DNA of 61,050 nt, counting the filler, from Squatina squatina (lineage: Eukaryota), in NCBI GenBank assembly GCA_031763465.1. It is 4 parts of 4 records of this genome, joined end to end, with 100 filler letters (N's around TTAATTAATTAA, not from the genome) between each part and the next. Parts side by side here need not be neighbours in the genome. Positions count along the whole stretch, not along the records: positions 1 to 13,399 come from JARFOE010000001.1; 3 more parts are not named here. One strand, 5' to 3'. Below the pieces are notes generated by a model. The model ran no database searches. It had not been told where the DNA came from and saw only the letters and a program-made list of their open reading frames with translations. Of the stretch, positions 1-13,499 are shown piece after piece. Both the position numbers and the translations under genes were made by a program. Every line of letters begins with the position of its first letter. The first letter of the stretch is position 1.

Positions 1-615
1 GACCGGGGGGGGGGGCGGAACCCTTAAATTTGAGAGAACTAGAATGGACATCTTATATTAAAACCGCACTGTATACCTTTCACTATAGGGCATGAAGTGT
101 GAATGTTGGAGAAACTGAGGAGCACAGTTAGCTACTTTCATACAATGCAGAGCTGATTAAACAAACTTGTCACAATTCTAATTACCAATTTGTTTTCTTT
201 TCATTTGATCATCAGTACAAACACTAACATCACACCACTGCAGGCCATTTTATTCAATACTCTCCTCTCAGGCTCATTCATGGAGAGGCACAACCACATA
301 CAAAGAGTTGGAGAGGGCACATCAATGGCATATCAGAGGTTTTTTTTAATGGGGTGACGTGAGGGGTATAGACTCCATGTGCATACTTGAGGGAGCAGGG
401 ACCCGATGTCTCCCAGTGGTTGTGCCAAAGTGTGTGAAGCGCAACACCATAAAAATCTGTATTAAAATAAAATTGTACTTCAAGATAAATCAATGTTTTC
501 ACTGTAATGGGTCCTAAAGGTCACATCTTGTCCCAAAATGCTTTTAAAAAGCATGTATATGCCACCCATTCCCCTCAAAAGCATGCAAACATTATCAAAT
601 ATGAGCCAGACTTTA

Positions 616-825
<210 letters not shown>

Positions 826-3800
826 TCACACCAAAGTCTGAAATTCCTTTTGGAGCAAAAAAGAGAATGCTTGATATTGTCCATGATTGACCACCCACTA
901 GTGAAATCACAAGAATGCGTTACTTAGAATATGGTTTTGTCAGCATATCAAGTATGGTGCAATACAGACTTCATCTTTCCTTTCCTTGTAGGCTGTGCTT
1001 CCAATAAAGCTAGAATACTCAGCTTAGCGAACAAGCTCCCTCTACCTAACCCGAAGGTCTGCCTAACCACACCTGGACAACACTGTTGTTTCCCATACCA
1101 GCCATTCCTGTTAGACAAGCCCTGTTTAGTACATTCCTGATAAAAACATGTGTTTTGATTTTACAGTAAAATATGGGGTGGATGAAAATGTCAATGCAGT
1201 CTTCATTGGTGTGAAAGTTAAGGCAATTAGTCAAGTAAAGAGCAGTAGAAAGCTTTGGCAACTATTCAGATTTGATCCCCTTGGTGAAAAAAAAGTATTG
1301 TGCTAAATTCTTTGTTACTCTTCTGATTTATCTAAAAGATAATTTTGCCTTCATTAAATTACTTTGTGATATTTTCCTTTTTCTAAAAGACAACTTTATG
1401 CAGGGTAACTGACTATCCTATGAAATAGTAAAGTTTGGAACTGTAGTGAAAATACTGCTGTATAATTTAAAGTGACAAATTATAATTATCAAAGGGGAAC
1501 GTTGGTCTGAACTGTGGCTGATCAGGTTTTGGGTTTGAATTGAGCTTAATTAAAATATTGAAAGACTAATTTATTGACCATATTCATCACAACTGGAGAG
1601 CAGAGTACCACAGACCTTTCGATAACTGCACATAATTCTTCCAGTTTGTAAATATTTTTTAAAACTTAAGTAATGCCCTTATTCCAGAATGTTTTTTTTG
1701 TTTGATATTGAAGAATAGAAACTTTGCTCCTATGTACTCCGCTTGTTCTGTTTACATGTAAATACCTAAGTGCCTAGGTTTCACAGCTACCATATTTAAC
1801 TGAACTACAAAAAGATTTAGCGTGTGTATTGTATGCTGGGGGCAAGTCCTCCTCACCATGTTTTTCCCTGTCAGAATAAAAATTGAGATAATGGAGTATT
1901 TTTTTACAAGTCTTTTTCATTACAGTTTAAAGTTTTTCACTTTATTAGTAATGTGTGAATTCTTGTTAAATATTCCTGAATAAAATGTTGTGGATAAATA
2001 TGTTCATTTATTGCATCATTAACAAAAAATGTTTTGAGGGTAGTTTTCATGTCTACCAAAGAAAGTGCTTTAATATATATCCATTTTTCTTAAAATCAGT
2101 TGCTTTAACTTTTCTCTGTTGAAATTTAATTTGAGATTGCTGGCTCCCTTCATACTGTTCAGCCAATACAAGCGGAATAGATTTTTGTAAATTTTATCTT
2201 TATCATAAGTCTCAACGGTTACTGCTCTATGCCGTCATTTATGCTCGACTGCGTCCCACATTCTTACCACTCTTTTGGTTAAGAAGTTCCTCCTGACCTC
2301 CCACATCTACCCTATCAAGTCACCCCACCGTCAGCCATCATCTTTGTAAAATATCTTTTTTGCACCTTCTCCAGTGCCTTTAGGCATGAGTTCTTTGCTG
2401 ATGTTTTTTTTATTACATCTTTGAATAAGAAATCCATTATCTTCTCTACCACCAGTGTCTAAGCTAACTGGTCTATAGATCCGTGGAGTTGTTCCAGCTG
2501 TCTTTTTAAATGTAGGACAGCCAGTCCTCTGACACTATACACACACACACGTAATAGTGCCTCTGCTATTTCTTCCATAACTTTAACACATGTGGATGTA
2601 ATCTGTCTGGAGCAGGAGGTTTATGTTTACCAATTATTCTTCCCCTCCCCCACCTTCTAGCTTTGTCATCTTCACCTTGTAATAACCCTAGTAATTTAAT
2701 ATTTCTGCCATTTCCGATCCTGATTTTTTTTTGTCTGCAGAATACTTTGCTATTTAATTTTATATTCCTTGATTTAACTTCATTGTGCCTCTTTGCTTCC
2801 TTGCCTTTCTCTTCAGTTTCAAATTTGACTGTTCATCCATGGTGTTTCATTATTGGCTACAAGTCTTCATTGAACCTTGAAGTGTTAATGTATACATTTC
2901 CAGAAATGCTGTAACTGAAATGATTTGAAAGCATTTTGTTAATGTACTTAGCCACTATATATATATAAAGTTGAAACTGCTATATTNNNNNNNNNNNNNN
3001 NNNNNNNNNNNNNNNNNNNNNNNNNNNNNNNNNNNNNNNNNNNNNNNNNNNNNNNNNNNNNNNNNNNNNNNNNNNNNNNNNNNNNNACAAAAGGTTTTTG
3101 TGCGTTGATGCATTAAATTAAAGCTTCTGGGTCATATGCTTCAGAGAGCTTCTCAATACAAATCCAAGCACCCTTGCTCTTCCACGCTGGGGTCTTCCCA
3201 ATTGTCATGCACGATACCTTCAGCATCTCTCTACTGTTCGGTAACAGCAGCAAAATGTTTTACAAGATGCCTTAGGAGTATGATACAAAATTCTCTCATT
3301 CAAATTCAACTCTAAATTATCCATTGGAGCCGGTTTACAATTCCCATTTGGGTTGAACAATGTTTGGGTGCCAGTGCCCAATCTCAGTCAAAGGCACTTT
3401 CCTTTTCGCCTCATTCAGGATTGACACCTCTCCGCACTGTGGGGAAGAGTTTTTTGATCCCGTGTGGATTTCCTCAAAACCATCTTGTTCTTCCAATTTC
3501 TCTGAATGAAACATGTTCCATGCCGTAGCCACACAATGAAAACAGTGAGTGCTCACTGGCTATGCATTAACCAAGGACTGGCCCTTAGAGCACTGAATTG
3601 TGAACTCCATCACTTTGCCATCCACTGGAGTTGGCTCGCACAAAACAAAAAAATACTTATGTTGCTGTGGTTACTTGACCCACAAAACAGGTTGTTGAAC
3701 AACAGAAGTTTAGGCTGCTTTTTTATGCAAATTCAAAACCCCTTTTCCTCTGCATTTCTTTTATTTCTTTCTAGCAATGAGCCAGGGGTTTCCTCCCTTT

Positions 3801-4739
3801 AGATGAGGAAAGAAAAAGAAAGTTCAGAGGCCTACGTCACAGGTCTGGTTGCAGAAGATGTTAGTGTTTGAAACTGTGAAGTGGTCACACACCTAGCACT
3901 GGTCAAACACTTCATGCACTTCTCTTTAGAACAGATATGGCGGCAGAAAATCAATGATGGAACTTTAGGTGGAGGTTGTAAGCAATGATCAGTTACTTGC
4001 AATGGCAGCAGCCAACAACATTCCACAGTATTCATCTGGTTTAGTCTATTTGGCCACAATTACATGACAGAACTTGGTCCAGATATGTATCAACGGCACT
4101 TGTCCATGCAAAATACACAAGCTGAGACAAAGCTTATAGGGAGCTTCCGTGAACAACATTCCTACATTGTTTCTTTTTAAAACTGAGTCTCTGACTGACA
4201 GAACTGTTCTATCAGTCAATGTACGATATGTAACTTCTTACTATAAAGAAGAAGCAGCAGCTATGTGTGAACATTTTCTTGACTTTTTTTTAAACAGTTA
4301 CAACTATATAAATACAAAATATGGAGCATTATATACAAACTTCNNNNNNNNNNNNNNNNNNNNNNNNNNNNNNNNNNNNNNNNNNNNNNNNNNNNNNNNN
4401 NNNNNNNNNNNNNNNNNNNNNNNNNNNNNNNNNNNNNNNNNNNCATTATCACTAAAGCATCTGTGAGCATCACATCCCACTGATTTCCCCCAAATTCCTC
4501 AGTTATACACTGGAGAGAATTCTATCAGCATCACACTATAAAGCACATGTTACATATTGGTCAGTAAGTAAATAACAAGCACACTCCTCTTGCATTGGGA
4601 TACGTTAGCTGAGGGAAGGTATATTCATGCACGTGCATTAAACCTGCAATGCAAAGAGGATCAGACCACTACTTTGCATTATGACAGATTGCCTAATGAA
4701 AGACTACATGCAGGGTTGGTAGGAAAAAGAATACTGTAC

Positions 4740-4817
4740 CAATTGGCAAGGGGCATCCAGCCCATCCAGGCCAGGCTGGCCTGGCTCCCCTTTTTCCCCC
4801 TTACTGCCTCGGAGTCC
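4740..4817 (-). CDS. COL25A1: Collagen XXV alpha-1, penultimate coding exon B (GLRGSKGEKGEPGQPGLDGLDAPCQL)
   Basis: 78-nt phase-0 exon, cag| acceptor at 4818-4820, |gt donor at 4738-4739. Matches recalled human COL25A1 GFRGVKGEKGEPGQPGLDGLDAPCQL. The final exon (GPDGLPMPGCWQK) was not found and is probably in a gap. Confidence 0.92.
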
Positions 4818-5750
4818 CTGTTTATTGAAATTAACTTGCATTGTTATTGACAAATGAATTGCTCCGCCTGCTGAGAGGCCAACACTTGACAGTTTACAAA
4901 CAGGAGAGAGAAGCAGCAACTGATTTCATGAGCGACGTGTGGAGAGAGGGACAGAGCGACCGACAGAGACACGGACAGAGCGATGGAGACACGNNNNNNN
5001 NNNNNNNNNNNNNNNNNNNNNNNNNNNNNNNNNNNNNNNNNNNNNNNNNNNNNNNNNNNNNNNNNNNNNNNNNNNNNNNNNNNNNNNNNNNNNTTTTTTA
5101 CAAATGTGTCTATATGCACTAAAATTCCATTAATCTGTTATGCTTAAAACTTTTGTGGTGCCGGACTGGAATATTTTCCAAACCATTGAATGTTTTGATT
5201 CACTTTAAGATGTTATGCAGTAGTATAATACATTTTCCTGTGAATCCAGAGAGTTAAAAAGGAGTGGGAAATATACCAGGACTGTGTGAAACTGAGCATC
5301 CTTTCATTCTATTTTTACATTTAATGTTTCAACAATGCCTACTTTAAGAAACAAATGCTCAATTTGTAAAACGTTCTTGTGTCTCCATCTTGGATTGAAT
5401 ATTTCAAATCGCAAATGGGAAGTTTTGAAAAAAGGGCAATGTTGGAATTTTTTCCCTCCAAAAACTAAAGATCTGAAATACTTGATGTGTGTGTGAAGCT
5501 GTATGCCTCACAGCACAATAATTGTGATGGGACTGAAACCCCTTTACACACAGGGAACAAATCCTGATATCCCTGTGACCAGAATGCCACAATTCAATGT
5601 TGTAGATGGTTTATCACTGTAAAATCTTCAAATAAAATATTGAGTAAATAGTATTATTTCATCATATGTTTTGGGAATGTTAGACAGAATGTGCCTCTCT
5701 CTTTTGTTTGGCTAGAGATGTCTGAATACCAATACACAGCAGAGACATAC

Positions 5751-5837
5751 CAATGGGCAAGGTGCATCTAATCCAGGGGCACCCTGTTCTCCTTTCTCCC
5801 CCTTAGGCCCTTTTTTGCCTTTCTTTCCCTTTTCCCC
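5751..5837 (-). CDS. COL25A1: Collagen XXV alpha-1, alternative penultimate exon A ([29 protein letters not shown])
   Basis: 87-nt phase-0 Gly-X-Y exon, cag| acceptor, |gtatgt donor; ends in the MACIT collagen NC4 start LDAPCPL. Confidence 0.88.
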
Positions 5838-6682
5838 CTGTGGACACAATGGTTTGGTCAAAAAAAAAAGTTTTATTGTGAACTCAGACACTGCTACATG
5901 TTACTGTACATTACGTTAGCCAATTTGAATGCTAAGAATTAAACAATAAAAGAGTAATAATGAGTTTAAAGCCAGAAAAACGCTTGACGGTTATAAGGAA
6001 TAAAGGGACTGCAGTGAGGATCAGGGATGATATTAGAATAAAAACGGAAATTAGTGAGGTTGCAGGAGCGCCAGGAATGAGTTATATTCAGAAAGAGGTC
6101 TTATTATAGCAGTCAAATTAAGGAGTAAAAGGGTGGGGCAGGTCCATAGGTGGGAACCAATATGCTTGGGTTTCAGAGGGCAGAGGGGGAAGGAGAAGGG
6201 TAGGCACCTCCAGGAAAATGAAGCATGCTTCAATCTGAGCAAAATGAATAAGAAGCATCTGGAAAGATTACAGTTTCTACAGAGAAAGTGGCCCTTTGCG
6301 TTTACCTAAGAATGCTCTTAGCAATCCAACAGAAAACTGCTGTACAGTGCTTTGACAATTTTCTGCAGCAATGAGACATGCTGCAGTCAGTGGTCACTGT
6401 CCTCATTCAAGAGTTCTGCATAGGCAAAGGGAAACGGACACTACCTCTATAAACCAGAAACAATTCAGTCAGCTGTGCAATTGGAAGCAAAATGGAAATT
6501 AAATGTAATCATTTAACAACACTGAACACGGACTTCCTGATGTTATAAGATATCCAACCAAAGCAAATGCCTGATTACTTGGNNNNNNNNNNNNNNNNNN
6601 NNNNNNNNNNNNNNNNNNNNNNNNNNNNNNNNNNNNNNNNNNNNNNNNNNNNNNNNNNNNNNNNNNNNNNNNNNNNNNNNNN

Positions 6683-6747
6683 AATGGCGGAGCAGGCTCG
6701 AAGGGCTGAATGGCCTACTCCTGCTTCTATTTTCTATGATTCTATGT
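6683..6747 (+). mobile_element. CR1-type LINE 3' tail
   Basis: ggcggagcaggctcgaagggctgaatggcctactcctgct..(ttctatg)n; a similar sequence is inverted at about 60900-60977. Confidence 0.75.
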
Positions 6748-6970
6748 TTCTAAGTTTGTGGCTGCAATTTGGTCTCAGGGTTCAGAAGGTCCATAAAACC
6801 CCGAGCGTTGCTGGCTGTCACAACTTCTAAAGTGCAAATTCAAGTCACAGAGCAAATAAAATCTTCATGAACTCACTCCCGGCCATTTGTAATTGTGTCA
6901 TTAATTCAAGCTGCACAAAGCAGTGCTATTTCCTCTTACAGTTACACATACTAACACTAGGTTTACTTAC

Positions 6971-7024
6971 AGGCAAACCTGTGGGTCCCCTTGGCCCTGG
7001 GTTACCAACTGTTCCTTTTTCACC
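6971..7024 (-). CDS. COL25A1: COL25A1 exon (GEKGTVGNPGPRGPTGLP)
   Basis: 54-nt exon, ttcag| and |gtaagt; resembles human GEKGAMGEPGPRGPYGLP. Confidence 0.9.
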
Positions 7025-8245
7025 CTGAAATGACAACACTTTTAATATAAGACAAATAATCTACAGTTATAAAGAAGCAAGCATTCTCAAATGCTTTTGG
7101 TATCTTAAGTTGTGACAGGCAATGGAAACTGCCAAGTGCACGGAGGCACTGTGGGATATGACAAGTTTAAAAAGCACACGCACAGAGTTTAAAATCAAAC
7201 AGCAGTGCCTAATGGAAAATAACAGCTGAACTGAAAACCATTAATAGTGCATTTGTTTGTCATAATATTCTCAATACGTGGAACTGTTTTTCACAAAAGA
7301 GATGACTTAATATCTTTAGCATGTTTCAACATTGCAGAAGCAGCTCCAATAGTCTGAGAAAGAACATGTTGGGAGTGTTATGCAAACACTGCTGCAGAAC
7401 ATTAAAACCCTGAANNNNNNNNNNNNNNNNNNNNNNNNNNNNNNNNNNNNNNNNNNNNNNNNNNNNNNNNNNNNNNNNNNNNNNNNNNNNNNNNNNNNNN
7501 NNNNNNNNNNNNNNTATGCCATTACCATAATTTTCTTTTTTATTTCCTCAACTTGTGACTGCCTGACACATGCCCTGCTCCCAGATACACAAACGTAATG
7601 GTGGGTGATCGGAAAATTGCCTTGACATGCTGTACTACTTGTTAACACGATAGACAATAACATTGCCAGTCATGTTCATCTTGTGACTGCTCATCTGGGA
7701 CTGGTGCCAAGTTGATCAGTTATAGAAGAGAGGTCTCCATGAACTCAGAACGTAAATCTTGTTTTGTTTCTGTTGGTTCTTTTGTTACAAATGTAATGTA
7801 ACAGCAGACAGGAGCATTGTTTGCCTTGCGGGGGCCCCATACAAAGATTTTGTTTTGGGGCCCCCACTTTTTACTAGACAATGATATTAATTACTACCTA
7901 CTTAATCTGGCATGAAATCCACACATGTATGATCGTGAAAAGGCATGCTTGCCATCGGTAATATAAAAATAGTTGACAAAACCATTGCCTAGGTCTTCTT
8001 TCACTGGAGCCATCCCTGACTGGCTTGGGGCCCCATATAATTGCATGGGTTGCACAGTCCAAACGCTGTGCTTGACAGCGGGCAAAGTTTAACGTTTATT
8101 GCATAACTAAATTCCAAGACACTAACACTCTCTCCCTGTCTCACTTTACCTTAGAGCAACATTGTCCTGAGTGGATAGTGAAAAAAGGTAAATTAGTCAA
8201 CAGGACTTGCCAGTGCCTCACACTGAACTGTGAACTGTCCATGCA

Positions 8246-8616
8246 CAGAGAGTGGAGTGAGTAGGAAGGAGGGGATTATGANNNNNNNNNNNNNNNNNNN
8301 NNNNNNNNNNNNNNNNNNNNNNNNNNNNNNNNNNNNNNNNNNNNNNNNNNNNNNNNNNNNNNNNNNNNNNNNNNNNNNNNNGGACTGAGTCTGGGATAAC
8401 TGTATGTGAAATGAGTCTGGCATGAAGGAGTGTGGAGTCAGAGTGGGATAATGGAGACTGGAGTGATTCTGGGTTAACGGAGTGTGGAGTGATTCTGGGA
8501 CAATGGACATCGGATTGAGTCTGGGATAACGGAGACTGGAGTGAGTCTCTTATAACAGAGTTTGGAATGAGTCTGAGATAACAGAGAGTGGAGTGAGTAT
8601 GAAGGAGGGGATTATG
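8246..8616. repeat. Degenerate tandem repeat, unit about 26 bp (ggagtgagtctgggataacggaga..)
   Basis: Repeated units are visible; near-identical agagagtggagtgagta.gaaggaggggattatga occurs at both ends. Confidence 0.8.
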
Positions 8617-8713
8617 AGCGCACAGCATTTACTGACTCGAGTGGACTGCCAGCACCAAGCAGAAAGGAGATAGTCAAAAGGAAGGACAAAGAGTACAAAT
8701 GTGACTCACTCAC

Positions 8714-8749
8714 CCGCAGTCCTGGCTGTCCATCTAAGCCAGATGCACC
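8714..8749 (-). CDS. COL25A1: COL25A1 exon (GASGLDGQPGLR)
   Basis: 36-nt exon, gcag| and |gtgagt; resembles human GASGLDGKPGSR. Confidence 0.88.
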
Positions 8750-9360
8750 CTGCATAATTTGTGTCATTAGAGGGATGGGTAAGAGGAACACGATTTTAGT
8801 GTATGATGGTTAATGATCATAAACAACTTTACACAATGAAATTAAGGTGGGAATTCCTGATTCAATTGTGTATTAAATATGAATCACAAACATAAAAGGA
8901 CTCAAAAAACACAAATGAAATATATAAATAACAGGGAACAGATGATATGAAGTAATACAACACTATTGTTAATTAACCTATAATAGTTATAGGTGAGAAG
9001 TGTGCAAGCGGCTGGTTTAAAGCCAGCCCTACTGTGCTCAAGGGATGCAGGACATCCTAACTACCACAGCTGGATTTGTGGAACAAGCACAGGAGAAGAT
9101 ATTCTCTGTGCAGCAGATGTAGCCAAATTGTAAACATGTTAATAAAAAACAGGTTTACAATCTGATTACATCTGGAGCACATAGCTAACCTTCTCTTCAC
9201 ATTCTCACCATTGGCTCTCGTCAGTTTCTGGAATGCTGAAATCTTCCTGTTCAAACATGCATAAATGTTTTCATGGTTGTGAGCAGTGGCAGTGTCAATA
9301 GGCAGATTAATGAAATAAAATATGATGAACCCACTCAGTGATTAGTAGTAAAAAACTAAG

Positions 9361-9489
9361 GGGGTGAAATTGCCCCTTTTTATAACTCCGTTAGCACCTC
9401 CGGGGCACGCTAACAGGGCGCAAGACAGTTTTCGTCCAGGCGAGGGGAGGCGCTACCGCCTCCTGGGACATTGCCCCATGGACCACGAG
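9361..9489 (+). mobile_element. End of a GC-rich DNA transposon (Harbinger-like terminus ggggtgaaattgcccc)
   Basis: Homologous to the reverse complement of about 29380-29491; related terminus at about 17980. Confidence 0.6.
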
Positions 9490-9993
9490 NNNNNNNNNNN
9501 NNNNNNNNNNNNNNNNNNNNNNNNNNNNNNNNNNNNNNNNNNNNNNNNNNNNNNNNNNNNNNNNNNNNNNNNNNNNNNNNNNNNNNNNNAGTCTTCTAAC
9601 ATCTGTGCAATATACTTGCATGAAATTTATCACCCCTGGTTTTGCATTACTTCAGGGGCTCCGCGCACAGATCCTCTCCCACTCCATGAAAAACACAGAG
9701 CTCTACGGATAGTTGATCAATTTAAAATGGGACATTGATCTTGTATTAAAACATCTTAGGTTATTTTTAGCAAGATGTTTGTTAAATTTTGTTAGGAGTA
9801 TAGGAAACATTTATTGTACAGCCATAAGAACTTACAGGTTTAAAGATGCTACAACATAAAATCAACATTAAATTAGTCAAACAAATGACACATAGCATGC
9901 ATAGCTAATTTTAACAAAGAGCATGGAGACAAATTAAAGGGCATTATTAATTTTCAATTTGCTAGATCCCCTTAGACTTTGCTGATGATTTAC

Positions 9994-10020
9994 CTTAGGT
10001 CCTGGAAGTCCGTGTGGCCC
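9994..10020 (-). CDS. COL25A1: COL25A1 exon (GPHGLPGPK)
   Basis: 27-nt exon, ttacag| and |gtaaat; same as the recalled human peptide. Confidence 0.88.
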
Positions 10021-11274
10021 CTGTAAGAACGGAACATAACAAATCATTGAAAATGAGTAAACGTCTTGCTGTAATATTGCATAGCACTGTAATTCTCCAT
10101 TGCTAAAGCAATCAAGGCCAAAAAGTTTCGTGTCCTCAGGCCTTCACACCTGCGCCGGTGCTAACTCTTCAGTTACCTATTCTAATCCCATAATTTTTCC
10201 CCATTTCCCTTTATATTCTTACTTTTCAAATACATATCCAATTCATTTTTAAATATTATTGTCTGTTTAAACAAAATACCATAACAACCTACAAACCACC
10301 TTGTGCAAGAAATGATTATTAAGATCCTCTTCAAAACCAAAGACATTGCTGTTTAAGATCTTAAGGGTCTTTGCTTCTGGCACAGTGTTTAAATATAAGT
10401 CTGTAACTTGATGTCCAAAGCCATTTAATGTTTTTATAATTATTCACATAGGAAGTCGTTGAAAACTGAACTGAAAGCGAGTGTTTGTTAATGATAGATT
10501 CTAGCAAAACATGATGCTTTTCAAATCTCCTATTCCATTATTCAGCTGAGGTATATCTGCACCTAAAACAATTACAGAGAGATACATCACTCTTGTGAAG
10601 AATGACGAGACACAGCTGGTAAAATAGGACCCATTGGCGTTTGCACGTGCTATTTATATTAGAAATGATGTGTATTGTTCATCGAACGTCATGAGGTTTA
10701 AATTACAAAGAGCAACGCAAATGTCAGGAAAGAGTTGATGATGTTACTAATCATTAAAATGTACAGTTGTTCAACAGTAATGCAAAAATCAATCATAACA
10801 AATATTACAGGATTAGCAGATCTGTTGAATAAACAATTCGAGTTTCAATAGAAAATTGCACAAAAGCCTTTGTGGCACTTTGCCGATTGCCAAGATTTGT
10901 AGTTTCACAAAGGTCTGCTTAACAGACCATTGCATGTTGAGTTCTCCAGATTGAACAATTTAACATACTACACAAGTACACTTNNNNNNNNNNNNNNNNN
11001 NNNNNNNNNNNNNNNNNNNNNNNNNNNNNNNNNNNNNNNNNNNNNNNNNNNNNNNNNNNNNNNNNNNNNNNNNNNNNNNNNNNGAAACTATCTCCATATC
11101 AAAGAATTATTAAATACTCCTACCAATACAATGTGCAATGTAAGAACATCCACAGAATCCCACATTCTTTAGTATTAAAGCAGTATAGGGTTTTACAATG
11201 TGTAATGTATCACAGACATGTCCTACTTGACTGTATGAAATGATGATCTGGCTACCTAATTTTGAAGAACTTAC

Positions 11275-11346
11275 TGAAGAGCCTTGTGGACCAGATAACC
11301 CATGGTCTCCTTTCTCTCCTTTTTCTCCCTTTTCTCCATTAACACC
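11275..11346 (-). CDS. COL25A1: COL25A1 exon (GVNGEKGEKGEKGDHGLSGPQGSS)
   Basis: 72-nt exon, cacag| and |gtaagt; resembles human GANGMKGEKGDSGMPGPQGPS. Confidence 0.88.
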
Positions 11347-12845
11347 CTGTGCAATCAAAAGTCAAGAGTTACAACCAAATTGTGAATTAACATGTGAAGN
11401 NNNNNNNNNTAACTCCCCAAATTATCCCATTTCAACCTAACCAAAGTAGTTTTAAATGCTCATGGAAATTGTTTGCTCTTTTTGAATAGTGTATGGGATC
11501 TTTAACATTCACCTGAAACACTAGAACAAGCAAATGAGAATGTTGAATCTTTCATTCAACAAAAGGACAGTATCTCCAACAATTAAGCACTCACTCAGTA
11601 CTGTACTGAAGTGTTAGCCTAAATTGAGTTCTGGAGTGTCACAACCTTCTGTCTCAGAGACAAGGTGCTACAAACTGAGCATAGCTGCACATAACATTAT
11701 TAGCTCTGGCTCAGTGGGTAGCACATATGCCTCTGAGTTANNNNNNNNNNNNNNNNNNNNNNNNNNNNNNNNNNNNNNNNNNNNNNNNNNNNNNNNNNNN
11801 NNNNNNNNNNNNNNNNNNNNNNNNNNNNNNNNNNNNNNNNCCACACATACCTTCTCTTCTTAAAGCGACTCTCAATACATCCACAGGAGAACTGCGGTGA
11901 CGAGGTGTGAAAGACCCTGGTCTTCCTTGAGCTCAACACAGCCTCCAATAGCCAGGGCACAGGATCTGATGCTTTCCTTATGATATTTTTGTGGATTAAA
12001 TTAGTCCCTAATATTTCCTCTGGAGCTGTCAGTCTAGACTGTCTGGAGCTCCTGATGTCACGTCCAACAGGTGTGAGACTAATCACTGACCAGGTTACAC
12101 CTGCCCCCTTACTTTTAATGGTTTAAAATGTTGGCCATGGATTCGGAAACACAGAACCCTTGGGAACTTAAGTCTCAAGCTAGATCTGTTCAAATAGGAG
12201 AGCTGGAATGCTTCAGAATTGTCATTATAATCAAAATGAAATGTATAGCAGAAAGATGCTGAAGTGATTCTGCAGGCCGCTGTTTATAAGCCCTGGGATT
12301 TTTCTCCTCTTCGTTAAACTGTTGTTCATTGACACCATGATGTCAGGCAATAAACTCTTGGCTGAAGTGCTCTGCTGATAGGGGCCTCAGTCTCTGACTT
12401 TTCAATGCCTGTTTTTCGATATGAACTCCAATGTATATAGTTGATTAGTGTTCTTCTACCGGTGACGATTTCAAACTGGTACCTGCTTGGTTCAACATAT
12501 ATCGAGCTACCTGAGTTAGGCTTCCTTTTCCTTCATGCTCTGTGGTTAGGGAACAAGTAGCTCTACACGTGCGTACTTGTATGCACACACTGGTGCCCAA
12601 GTGCTTTTGCTTTAGTGTATTAAAAATGGTTGGCCCTGGTAGGCCTAAAGATCTTTTATGTTCTTAAAACATGTTCTAAAAATATAGCTCTATGTTCTGG
12701 ATAATTCTGACCTCCTTTTACCTCACTACCCAGGACCAATTTCACCCCCATAAAGCCTTTGAAGTCACTCCCAATTATCAACCATTATTGGTGCAGTAAA
12801 AACAGATCCACAAGCACTGAAGAAACCTACAGCACTAACCTTTAC

Positions 12846-12884
12846 CCCGTACCGACCTGGCATCCCGAGTTCACCTGGCTCACC
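12846..12884 (-). CDS. COL25A1: Probable COL25A1 exon (GEPGELGMPGR..); donor position uncertain
   Basis: aacag| acceptor with upstream pyrimidine tract and Gly-X-Y triplets; several possible GT donors (gtcggt, gtacgg, gtaaa). Confidence 0.65.
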
Positions 12885-13443
12885 CTGTTCCAGGTCACAC
12901 AGTAACAAACAAGAAAAAGCAGCAGAAGGGGAACAGGAAGAAAATATAAAAAAGAAACATTAAATCATCTTGTGAACAGAGACTATTAAGAAGCATGGTT
13001 AATGGTACTTTAATATAAGTGCTATATTTAAGTGGCACCCTCGATTTCTGCAGATGCATTAAACACGTTAAAATTAGTGGATTTAATTAACATGCAGTGC
13101 CCCCTCACTCATTTTGATTTCTGTTTGGAGGAATGGTATTCATTTAACTGGTGCTGTTGGCAGTGAATTTGATAATAATGGAGATGAATTAAAAATAGCT
13201 GGGATGATTCTGCCTTTATTCTACGACCAACAGTCTACAAATTATAAATCTAACTAATACAAGTAGCGCTGTTATTATTCTGCCGGTCTTACCCTTCCCC
13301 CCCACCCCACCCCACCCCACCCCCGATGTTACAGTGAGATACAGCCATTCCCCCCCCTCCCCCCGGGGTTACTGTGGGTACAGCCGTTCCCACCTCAGGN
13401 NNNNNNNNNNNNNNNNNNNNNNNNNNNNNNNNNNNNNNNNNNN

Positions 13444-13455
13444 TTAATTAATTAA
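13444..13455. other. Synthetic scaffold linker TTAATTAATTAA
   Basis: 12-mer with stops in all six frames, centred in 44+44 N. Confidence 0.95.
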
Positions 13456-13499
13456 NNNNNNNNNNNNNNNNNNNNNNNNNNNNNNNNNNNNNNNNNNNN

